Shown here in pieces: positions 26,162 through 37,024 of a DNA stretch of 64,000 nt. The stretch comes from the human T2T-CHM13v2.0 reference genome, Homo sapiens. Every line of letters begins with the position of its first letter. The first letter of the stretch is position 1. The stretch lies in assembly GCF_009914755.1 (NCBI RefSeq), contig NC_060944.1. One strand, 5' to 3'. The translations under genes and the position numbers were made by a program. The notes beneath the pieces are model-generated. The model ran no database searches, had not been told where the DNA came from, and saw only the letters and a list, made by a program, of their open reading frames with translations.

Positions 26162-26465
26162 CCAGGCTCACCCCAACAGCCCACGCGCATACCAACAGCC
26201 CAGGCACACCCCAACAGCCCAGGCACATCCCAACAGCCCAGGCTCACCCCAACAGCCCAGGAATACCCCAACAGCCCAGACACAACCCAACATCCCAGAC
26301 ACACCCCAACAGCCCAGGCTCACTCCAACAGCCCAGGCTCACCCCAACAGTCCAGGCTCACCCCAACAGCCCAGGAACACTCCAACAGTCCAGACACAAC
26401 CCAACATCCCAGACACACCCCAACAGCACAGGCTCACCCCAACAGCCCAGGCTCACTCCAACAGC
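26162..26465. repeat. 19-bp minisatellite (CCCAGGCTCACCCCAACAG), ~16 copies
   Basis: Seen directly, with a higher-order block repeat. Confidence 0.92.
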
Positions 26466-26840
26466 TGGATCATTTGCCAGCACATTGTGCTGCTGGATCA
26501 TTACACTGCCAGCGACTTGACATCACTTTCAAAGCACTGCTTAATTTCAATAATTATAAAGCTTCCTGGCCTCTGAAAAATAAGTGTGAAGCCTCTCCAC
26601 ATGCAGGCAGAGCCAGGGTGGGGAGCAGTGTCAGAGCTTGGCCTCGCCCTCCTGCACGGCTTCCGTTCTCCCTAATTTGCGTTTGCCCAGAGCGACAGGA
26701 AATCCAGAGGCTGCAGATGCGTTACTAACTTGCAACCCCCGTCAATCATGATGAGGTTTTACATTATTGGATATGAGTTTGGGGTGAATTATTCAGGTTT
26801 CATATTTTGATGAATGGGGAAAAATGCAACACAGAACCCT

Positions 26841-27078
26841 GTGCATGTGTGAGTGTGTGCATGAGTATGTGAGTGTGTGTGCATAAGTGTGTGCATGTGA
26901 GTGTGCACGTGTATGTGCATGAATGTGTGTGTGACTGTATTGCGCATGTGTGTGACTGTGTCTGCATGAGTGTGTGTGAGTGTGCGCATGAGTGTGAGTG
27001 TGTGTCTGCATGAGTGTGTGAGTCTGTGAGTGTGTGCATGAGTGTGTGAGTGTGCGCATGAGTGTGTGTGTGCGTGCA
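26841..27078. repeat. Degenerate (TG)/(TGAG)/(CATG) low-complexity tract
   Basis: Seen directly. Confidence 0.9.
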
Positions 27079-28879
27079 TTTCAGGGAAACAAATGTCACC
27101 ATTAGCAATCCCCACTAATACCGTCCTGTGAAGAATTTTCTGCAAATCTCTTGTGCATAGCGCGCAAAGGGGTGGGTGCTCCCCGTGAGAGATGTAGCCC
27201 ATTTTTCTGAGAGACATTTGCCTTTCCTTAAACAGCAGTAACAGCATTATGGTACCCGCTGCTCTAGTTGTGGAACGACTATTTTACAAAGTTTTCAGGG
27301 AAAATCTGTGTGCTCTCATGTATTGTACAAACAAGGGTGTGGCATTCATTCTGTCATGGAAAAATACCTACTATTGCACTGTCTGGGAAACAGGTTTTTC
27401 AATAATAAACAAGACCTCACGGCCCCCCAAATCTCATGGTGCTTCCCGGTTGCTATGGACCAACATCGGAGCACCCTTTCTAACTGCCTGATGGAAACGT
27501 AAGCAGTGGCTTTGTGGTTATTTTCAGGCGAGAGCTGAGTATCACCAGACTGCTCCATTATCACCTCTGATAAATTGGGAGACTCGCCTGGTGACACTGC
27601 GTCTCCACTGTCCCTTCCATCTGTAAATAAGGGGTGGCCTCCTTGCTCCATGACAGCTGACCTTGGCAAGAAGACTGGGCATCTCAGGCCTTCAAAAACA
27701 CTGTCATGGAGGGATGTGATTTTGTTTCACAACCTTTCCTTCCTCCCAGATTTATGTATTCGCTAATCACCTGTTCAAGACACTTGCCTTTTCTACCTAT
27801 TTAGATAGCCTGAGCCTGTGCCTGGGTCAATTGGCTACGCACGGCAGTTGGGGAGAAACGGGCTGCACTTGAAAGCTGATCTCTGGTCTCCAAGCTTAGC
27901 TGGCTTTAATGGTGTTATTACTACACCTCCTCCACCTCATATTATTAATTTCATTTATAGCAGAACCAATAACTCATCCATTCAAGGCAGTTTGTCATGC
28001 ATACCTGTAAATAGATTGAAAGTTTGCTGAAGCATGCCGGGTAAACACGACTGCAGCGTCTGCTTGTCTCCTGGAATCGCGCCAAGTTCTTTAGATTCGG
28101 GCGATATTTTTTAGAATGCATATGAATTTATGCTACAAAGGCAACCTCGCCACCTCAGCCCCCGCCGCCGTCACCCCTGAAATTCCATTTAGTTTCAATT
28201 TTACTGCTCCAGCCCGGCTCTGTTTGAGCTGCACCCTGTGAAGGTGAAATGTCACCGCCATCATTTTTGTATTGATTTAGAAGAGTCGCCTCGGTGTGCA
28301 CCGGCTCCTGCGGGTTTCTGTTCAGTGACCTGAGCTGAAAGTACTTCGCTCTGTGCAAGGTGAGCAAAGGGAGCTAAGACTACCCCGGAGGAGGAGCCCA
28401 CGGCAGCAGGGGAAGGGGCCTGCGGGACACAGGGAGGAACGGTGAGCTCCCACCCACGCTGCTACCCCAGGGGGTCTGGAGTCACCAGGAAGCGTTCTTG
28501 GTGCAGCCACTGTGAATAATTAAAGGGGTTCTGCATATCTGGAGCAGAACCTATGCTTAGAACAGAAAATTCCTTTTTATTTTAAGACTCCATCTAAAGG
28601 AAAGTAAAATGGATGCCTAGGAGTACTACAGATATATGTTCCTTTTGACACCAGCTCTATTTCCCAAAGTCACAAATGCCATAATGCAAACTCAGGAGTT
28701 CCCTGGGCTATTAGGGAGGGACTCCAGACCTTGGGCTGAGAGCCACAGATCAGTGTCACTGTCTCATGGATGCAGTGGTTTTGGCCTTCCCAGCCTCCGC
28801 CACCGCCGCCTTCTGGTAACAGACCCTCAACTTTCAGTGGGAGATTTCACCCTCGTCAGTGAGATTTGAGTAGACTGAC

Positions 28880-29365
28880 TCCACTCTGACCTCCAGTTGT
28901 GGTCCTGTGGCTGAGACCTGGCCAATCAGAGCATCCAGTCATCCTGGCATAGTGACAGGCTCACAGAGAGCTACAGAGAGAGCTACCAGGTTAGTCCAGG
29001 GTAGCTACCAGGCTCAGAGAGAGCTACCAGGTTAGTCCAATGATGTCTTTTTGCCAAAATAATTAAATATGCTCAGCTCCCTGCTGCTGGGGTTGCTGAG
29101 AAGGTAGGGTATAAACTTAGAGCCACTGGTGGCATTCTTGCTACTAGAAGGAGAAAGCTTCATTCAAAATGAAGCTACTGTGAGCAAATAGAAAAGGAGA
29201 CAAAGCCCACAGGTCAGGAGAAATCGATTGAGCACCTCGATCCAGCCATGCCTGAATTCAGCCACATCTGTCTCGGCTTTTGAGTTACCTAAGCCAACAT
29301 ATATACTTTTTTAAAAATCATAAGCTAGTGTGAGTTGGGATTCACTCTTTTCTGGCTGAAACAAA
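28880..29365 (+). mobile_element. Old MaLR LTR (MLT1H/I/J-like)
   Basis: ctggccaatcagagc ... gatccagccatgcctgaa ... taagctagtgtgagttggg. Confidence 0.55.
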
Positions 29366-29573
29366 GATCCTGTTGATACAAAGGAGAGCCCAAATACCAA
29401 GATCAGGCGCCTCGCCCATCCTCCTGACACTTGTCAAGCTTTCCTTACGACCACAAAAGTCCGATTCTAAATTCCGGGTAGATTTTGGATTCCTCCAAGT
29501 GCTGTCCTTTGTAAAATCAATCTCTCAAGGTATTAGAGTGCAAAGTGATCCGATTATTTGGAGGAAATGTACC

Positions 29574-29880
<307 letters not shown>

Positions 29881-30589
29881 TAAAATAAAAAGGGAACGGC
29901 TTTTCCTCCAGGAGTTTTCTTTGCACCTGGTGTCACTATTCCTCCAGCGTTTCCAGCCTCCCCCTCCACCCTCTTCTTCCTGCTTTGGAGGCAGCTGGCT
30001 CTTCCTCCAGCCCACAGATGCATCTTTACTCCCAGCTCTCCAGCTCATGCCCTTGGATTCAGAGAAGAGGTGGATAGCCAAGCCCTTTGCCCCGGGGCTG
30101 CCACTGTCTCCCCTCTATCAGTGGCCTTAGATAATGTGTGTGAATACACATGACTCAAGCTGAACTATTAATTTTACTTTATTTTGCATACCAGAGTCAA
30201 TGGCATTTTGAACACAACAGGGAAAATCTATGTAAATGAATATGCACCATTGTGTAAAATGGCTATGCAAATACATGCCCCTGGAGGTGGCTATGCTGCC
30301 ATTGAATTTTCCAACATAGGGGGCCTGTGTCCTGACTTTGGTTTAGACCTCAGAAAAACAGAAAATCAGAAAATACTTGGGTTTCTGATTGCAGCAAAGA
30401 TGCTGACTGGGTTAGTGGCCCCTTGCTTCCCTTTGAATGGAAGCTTTTCTTGCTTCCAGAAGATGCTGGGAGGTAAAAAGTTCGATTTCAGTTGTATGGT
30501 TTGAAAACAAGAACTGGATTTTGATTCTACGTAAATGTGGCTAAAACCTTCTGTGTGCCCTCTGCCCAAATGCGCTACTTGGAGTGACT

Positions 30590-31014
30590 TCCCTCTGCTA
30601 ATTTTGGACTTGATTTATTCTTCCTTTTCTAGTTCCTTGAGGTCTAACATTGGGTTGTTGATTTGAGAGTTTCTTCTTTTTTAATGTAGGCATTCATCAC
30701 TATAAACCTCCCTCTTAGCATTGCTTTTGCGTACTCCATAAGTATGTTGTGTTGGGTTTTCGTTTGTCTCAGGATATTTTCTAATATATCCCCCTTTGGA
30801 GTTGTCCTTTGGCCCATTGGCTATTCCAGGGTGGGAGGTTTAATGTCCACATCTCTGTGAGTTTCCCAGTATTCCTTTCACTGTTGATTTCTAGTTTCAT
30901 TCCATAGTGATTGGAAAAAATACTTGGTGTGATCTCAGTCTTCTTCAATTAGTTAAGACTTGTTTGGTGACATCATCTGTCACCTGTCCTGGAGAATGCT
31001 CCCTATGTGCTTGA
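30590..31014 (-). mobile_element. L1 ORF2 fragment (endonuclease-proximal region), antisense
   Basis: tttctagttccttgagg ... ttgatttctagtttcattccat ... cctggagaatg. Confidence 0.75.
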
Positions 31015-31019
31015 GGGAG

Positions 31020-31810
31020 GACGTATCTGCAGCCCCATGTTCCCTGCAGTAACATCCACAATAGCCACCATATGGCAGGAGCCTAGTCCATCGATGGATG
31101 AATAAAGAAAGTGCACTCTATTCATACACTGGAACACTATTCAGCCTGTAAGAAGAAGGAAGTCCTGCCGTATGCAACAACGTGGATGAACCTGGATGAA
31201 CCTGGAGAACATTACAATCATGAAAGAAGGCAGTCACCACAGGACAAATACCACATGATTCCAGTTATAGGAGGTTCCCAGGGAAGGCAAATTCACACAG
31301 ACAAAAACTAGCATGGTGGTTTCCAGGGGCTTGGGAAGGGAAAAATGTGAGCTGCCGGTCAGCGGTACGATGTTCTGGTTACATGGCATGACTAAGATCA
31401 AGGATCTGTTGCACAACATTGTATCTACACCAAACAGTGTGTATCGTTGTGTCTACGCCAAACAGTGCTGTATCGTTGTGTCTATGCCAAACAGTGTGTA
31501 TCGTTGTGTCTACGCCAAACAGTGTGTATCGTTGTGTCTACGCCAAACAGTGTGTATTGTTGTGTCTACACCAAACAGTGTGTATTGTTGTGTCTACACC
31601 AAAGAGTGCTGTATCGTTGTGTCTACACCAAACAGTGCTGTATCGTTGTGTCTACACTAAACAGTGCTGTATCGTTGTGTCTACACTAAACAGTGCTGTA
31701 TCGTTGTGTCTATGCTAAACAATGCTGTCTTGTACACTGAAAAGTTTAAGAGTGTAAGCCTCCTGTTAAGTGTACTTACCACTAAATAGAAAAAAGTAAA
31801 TAAACAAATA
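31020..31810 (+). mobile_element. L1MA-like 3' end containing an internal minisatellite
   Basis: cacaatagcc..atatgg; gcaacaacgtggatgaacctgga; gacaaataccacatg; tgtacactgaaaagtttaagag; A-rich tail. Confidence 0.8.
31420..31730. repeat. 28/29-bp minisatellite (GTATCGTTGTGTCTACRCCAAACAGTG(C)T), ~10 copies
   Basis: Seen directly. Confidence 0.92.
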
Positions 31811-32128
31811 AATTTGCATTTAGTTTTTAAAAGATTATTTTAGAAGTAGGGAGAGAGAAAAGGTGGAGAAGCCAACAAGAGTGAGTTACTGAGCTGGTCC
31901 CTGATTGAGAATCTGGGGCTGGGGCAGGGGCCGGTCTCTCAGAACCGGAGAAACACACTCAGAAAAAGGCCTTTCCCTGTTCATTTTGAATAGCACAGTT
32001 CTTCCATCCCATCGAATCACTCTGATAACCTGAGAGATTGGTTTTACAAAGGACAGGAGCCTGGGAGGGCACATCCGTCAACTCCAGCCGCTGCTGATTG
32101 CCCCCAGGGGATTACCAGTATGCCTCCC

Positions 32129-32152
32129 CACACACACACACACACACACACA

Positions 32153-32183
<31 letters not shown>
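32129..32183. repeat. Compound (CA)n(CT)n microsatellite
   Basis: Seen directly. Confidence 0.95.
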
Positions 32184-32186
<3 letters not shown>

Positions 32187-32319
32187 TCAGCCTGCACACA
32201 TCTGAGGAGCCCCTGAAGCCAGAAGACATGGCCAGGACTGAGAGTGGCAGACAGTAGCTTGGGTGGGAGCAGCCCCCCACAGCAGCCCCTGACATCAGCA
32301 GTGGACCTAGGCAATGCAT

Positions 32320-32711
32320 CATGGGACACCAATGTATCCACTGTGACATGGAGAAGCCCTCCTTGACCATCCATTCATGGGACACCAGTGTGTCCACTGT
32401 GACACAGAGACGCCCTCTTTGACCATCCATTCATGGGACACCAGTGTGTCCACTGTGACACGGAGACACCCTCCTTGACCATCCATTCACGGGACACCAG
32501 TGTGTCCACTGTGACATGGAGACGCCCTCTTTGACCATCCATTCATGGGGCACCAGTGTGTCCACTGTGACACGGAGACGCCCTCTTTGACCATCCATTC
32601 ATGGGACACCAGTGTGTCCACTGTGACATGGAGACACCCTCCTTGACCATCCATTCATGGGACACCAGTGTGTCCACTGTGACACGGAGAAGCCCTCCTT
32701 GACCATCCATT
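32320..32711. repeat. 56-bp minisatellite, 7 copies
   Basis: Unit CATGGGACACCAGTGTGTCCACTGTGACAYGGAGACRCCCTCYTTGACCATCCATT starting at 32320, 32376 ... 32656. Confidence 0.95.
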
Positions 32712-34034
32712 CTGAACTGGCCTCTGCATTTTCCCTACCCTTTGGGGACACTGGGGATATGACTTGGCTGGGGGACACTTCAAGAAAGAGCCAGCCTTGG
32801 GGCCACCACATTCACTGGTCTGGAATTGAACACTGTGGATCTGGGATTGCCTTTAGCAAACCACCCATCCTACATTTCATTTGCAAGATGAGCTTAGAGA
32901 GGAGAACAAATTGGGCAGAACCTGCTGCCTCCTGCTCCTGGGATAAGTTGCCCCCACCAAGTAAAGTTTGGAAAGTCTATTCCTTCCTCGGCTGTATGTT
33001 CTTGCTCATTCTGTCCTTGCTTTGTGGGTTTTCCATGTGTAATGAGGTAGGGAGAGCAAGCTCCGTGGATGCTGCCCCTCCAATGCAGCTGCCACACAAT
33101 GGTGGCCCTGGGGCCAGCGTCGTGATGTCAGCCTCCAATTGTCAGGGGAAGCAGAGAACTTTAGAATTACAGAAGCTTCATCCCTGGCTTGGTTCCTACA
33201 TTGATTCTCTTAGAGCCAATTAATGTCCCATTTTCCCCAATATATCTTTCTCTTAGGGCACTATGTCTAATGCTGGGAGCAATAAGAGGCAACGTTCTCT
33301 GCTTTCCTTTGCTTGATTACTACACACTCAACTCACACACAGCCCACCTCCTGAGCAACTCTCCAGGCTCATTTGAGGCAGCTCAGTCTTTAAGAAAACA
33401 ACAGGGCAGATTCCCAAGGAAAGACATGTAACCCATATTTTAGCCTCTTGAAAGGCATCGTTTCACCCCTTTTAAAAAAATCCTTCCCCTTCCCTCCTCT
33501 TCCCCTTCCCCATCCTTCTGTGGTTGAAAACCTGAAATACATGATTTCTGTCTTGTTTCTCTCCCGCAAACAAGAGTGAGAGCAGAGTAACGCATTCCAT
33601 ATGTGAAGGGCAGGCGTGGAGAGGGTGTGCAAGCAGCGTCAGCACCTCCCGGGAATGGGCTACTTCCTTCCAGCTGTGTGAGTGAAGAAAAACCTCATTA
33701 CGGACATGGTTGGTATTTCTAGGGTCTGAGCTCTGTGTCTGAGGCTGAATCAACTAGAGGTTGAGCCGATTGGCTGTCCTCTGTGGGCACAGGGAAGCAT
33801 GGGGACCTCCAGCCACCCCATAGCCTCAAACAGCTGCCCAGGGCAGCCTCTGAGCTCCCCGGCATCAACGGCATGGTGGAAGCGAGAGTGGGCTTTCTTC
33901 CCATGTCTCACCCACCAGTGGTTAATTGGAAGTGAGAGTGGGCTTTCTTCAACCACCAGTGGTTAAGTGAGCAGGCTTTGGATACAAGGGTATGGATCTG
34001 AGTCAACTGTGCCTCTTAAGTAGAACAGTGTTAA

Positions 34035-34548
34035 AGCTGGTTATCTACTGTGGTGCAGTGAATCATCCCATAACCTAGTAGCTTAAAACAATCATCTTGG
34101 ATTGTATCTCACAATTTTATGGGTCAGGAATTCAGACAGGGCTCAGCCAGACGGTTCATCTGTTCCAGGTGATGTGAATGGGGCTCATTTGGTGGCACTC
34201 AGCCAAGGAATGGTCTGGCCTAGAGGCTCTGGAGAACTTCAGGCTCATGCCTGGTACCTTGGCAAGTACAGCTGGAGGTGACCTACACGTGGCCTCTGCA
34301 GCACAGTGGTCTCAGGGTCCTTAGACCGCTTATACAGCAGCTCAGGGGCCCAGACAAAATGGCCCAAGAGGCCCCAGTGTGAGCTGCATAGCTTCTCGTG
34401 ATCTAGTCTTGAAGATCTAGCAGTTTGATTGCATTGTATCCAGTGAACAAGCTGCTAAGGCTCGTCCAGATTTCATGAAGGGGACTCCATCCTCCTGTAT
34501 CACTGATATGAACCGCAAAGAACACCAGCACCTTCAGTCTACCACAGC
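34035..34548 (-). mobile_element. MaLR LTR (MLT1 family)
   Basis: aacctagtagcttaaaacaa ... tctcacaattttatgggtcaggaattc ... tctaccaca. Confidence 0.65.
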
Positions 34549-35194
34549 AGAGCTGCTTCCTCTCCGTTAAGTCTCATTTCTCCCTCAGAGAGTGGGAGCA
34601 AGAATGAAATGAGAGACTGTGCTTAAAGTACTCAGTCTGCAGCCTTTGAATAGGGTAGGAAGATGGCCCTTCTTTTCGTTGGTGCAGGAAGATTGGAAAT
34701 TTCCTGGGTATGGAGCTTCTCAGAAACCTCAGACCAAGAGTCCAAGACCAAGAGTCCAAGTCACCCACCTAGGACCTGACTCTTCCTCCAGCTGTGAGAG
34801 AGAGCTCCCATACTTTCATGATATTCCTCCAAACAATGAATTTCAAGTGCAATAAATTGGATCTTTCATAGAGAAGACAATGGCACACTCACTAAAGATC
34901 ATTATCTCTTAAAAGCAATGACTGTTGGTTGAGAATGTGCCTTTCCCAGCAATAGTTTATAAATGAAAGGCAAATCATAATAGTCTTTGAGTTTCCCCAA
35001 AGAGGGAGACTATTTATAAATGCAGAGTGCTTCAGACTTGCCAATTCCCCATGCTTAAGTTCCTAAGTGGGAGAGAGCAGGGCAATGTTGTTAATTGACG
35101 TCTAAAATATTGTACTGTGAGAGGTGCTCACAGGACTCCATGGGACACCATGCATGCTACCTGCAGGCTGCAGGGGACAGCACAGTGATGAGGG

Positions 35195-35683
35195 TGAGGC
35201 AGGATAGGATAGCTCCTAAATTGTGGCTTAGCCTGGGAGGGTTCTTGGCTTAGCCTAGGAAATAATTTAAGGGTGAGCTGGTGGTGTTAGACAGCAGCTT
35301 TTATTGAAGTGGCCATGCACAGCAGCAGCAGAAGGACCCCTCCTTGTGAGGTAGGGCTCCCCCATAGGCAGTGCGCCCAGAGCAGCAGCTCAGAGATGGT
35401 GCTACCCTCATATTTATACCCGCTTTTAAGTTACATGCAAATTAAGGGGCAGATTATGCAGACATTTCTAGAAATAGGGTGGTAACTTCCAGGTGGTCAG
35501 GTCATTGCTATGGAAAGGGAGGGTAATACCTGGGTGTTGCCATGGTGATTGTAAACTGATGTGGCACACTGGTGGGCGTGTCTTATGGAAAGCTGTTTCC
35601 ACCCCATCCCTGTTTTAGCTAGTCCTCAGTTTGGTCCAGTGTCTGAGCCCAGCCCCTGGAATTGAGTCCCACCTCCTACCTCA
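35195..35683 (-). mobile_element. Solo ERV1-class LTR (same family as 1-392; tentatively MER66-like)
   Basis: TG...CA termini; 4-bp TSD AGGG (35191-35194, 35684-35687); minus-strand AATAAA near 35301 and TATA-like tttata near 35413. Confidence 0.85.
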
Positions 35684-35936
35684 AGGGGACAGGAGAGGAG
35701 TTGCACAGTCACTCAGCCCGACCCCCAAGCTCACAGTCAAAGCTGGGGCAGAGTAACCAAATCCTTCTGGCCAGGCAGGAGGCAGAGGCTCGCTGTTGAA
35801 ATGATAGGTGGGGCTGGCCAAGTAGGGAAGGCAAGAAGCCATTAGCTTATCTGAAATTCATTTAGGGGGAAGGTGGACAAGGAAGTACCTCAGTCTCCAC
35901 TATTCAAAACCCAGGGAGCTTGAAAGCAAGTGGTAC

Positions 35937-36558
35937 ATCCTGAACCTGGTGAATGGGTATGTCCTTAAACTAGCGAATGGGTATGTCCTTAAACTGGTGA
36001 ATGGGTATGTCCTTAAACTGGTGAATGGAGACGTCCTTAAACTGGTGAATGGTGACATCCTTAAACTGGTGAATGGGTACGTCCTTAAACTGGTGAATGG
36101 GTACGTCCTTAAACTGGTGAATGGGTACGTCCTTAAACTGGTGAATGGGGACGTCCTTAAACTGGTGAATGGGGACGTCCTTAAACTGGTGAATGGGGAC
36201 GTCCTTAAACTGGTGAATGGGGACGTCCTTAAACTGGTGAATGGCGAGGTCCTTAAACTGGTGAATGGGGAGGTCCTTAAACTGGTGAATGGGGACGTCC
36301 TTAAACTGGTGAATGGGGACGTCCTTAAACTGGTGAATGGGGACGTCCTTAAACTGGTGAATGGGGCCGTCCTTAAACTGGTGAATGGGGCCGTCCTTAA
36401 ACTGGTGAATGGGGACGTCCTTAAACTGGTGAATGGGGACGTCCTTAAACTGGTGAATGGGGACGTCCTTAAACTGGTGAATGGGGACGTCCTTAAACTG
36501 GTGAATGGGTACGTCCTTAAACTGGTGAATGGGTATGTCCTTAAACTGGTGAATGGGT
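35937..36558. repeat. 24-bp minisatellite (GTCCTTAAACTGGTGAATGGGKAY), ~26 copies
   Basis: Exact 24-nt period from 35961 to 36537, plus one degenerate leading copy. Confidence 0.96.
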
Positions 36559-36809
36559 AAAAAAATCGTGGGGCATCCATGCAGTGGGATATTATTCAGT
36601 GATAAAAATGAGCTGTTGCACCAGAAAAAGACACAGAGGAAACTCAAAATGCACGTTGCTAAGTGAAAGAAGCCAGTCTGAAAAGGCTTCATGCTGTGTG
36701 ATTCCAATTCCGTGACATTCTGAAAAAGGCAAAGCTATGGAGACAGTGAAGAGTGCTTGCCAGAGGTTTGGGGGAGAAAGAAATGAATAAGTGAAGCACA
36801 GAGTATTCT

Positions 36810-37024
36810 GTTTTATTTTATTTTTTTAGAGACAGGGTCTTGCTCTGTTGCCCACGCTAGAGTGCAGTGGCATAATACTAGGTCATTGCAGCCTTGACCT
36901 CCCAGGTCAAGTGATCTTACTGCCTCAGCCTCCCAAGTAGCTGAACTACAGGTGTGTGCCACCACACCTGTCTAATTCTTAAATTTTTTTTAGAAATGAA
37001 GTCTCACTACATTGTCCAGGCTGG
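36810..37024 (-). mobile_element. Truncated AluJ-like element
   Basis: agagacagggtcttgctctgttgccc ... gcagccttgacctccc ... stops partway through the second arm. Confidence 0.85.

Noticed and set aside
32320-32711. Regularly spaced repeats superficially like a CRISPR array (also 31420-31730)
   Set aside because: Head-to-tail tandem units with no unique spacers, in eukaryotic DNA with no cas genes.
32657-33223. 188-aa ORF
   Set aside because: Starts in the last minisatellite unit; no recognisable protein family or splice structure.
35900-36707. 203-245-aa repetitive ORFs
   Set aside because: 24-bp minisatellite inside an L1 remnant.
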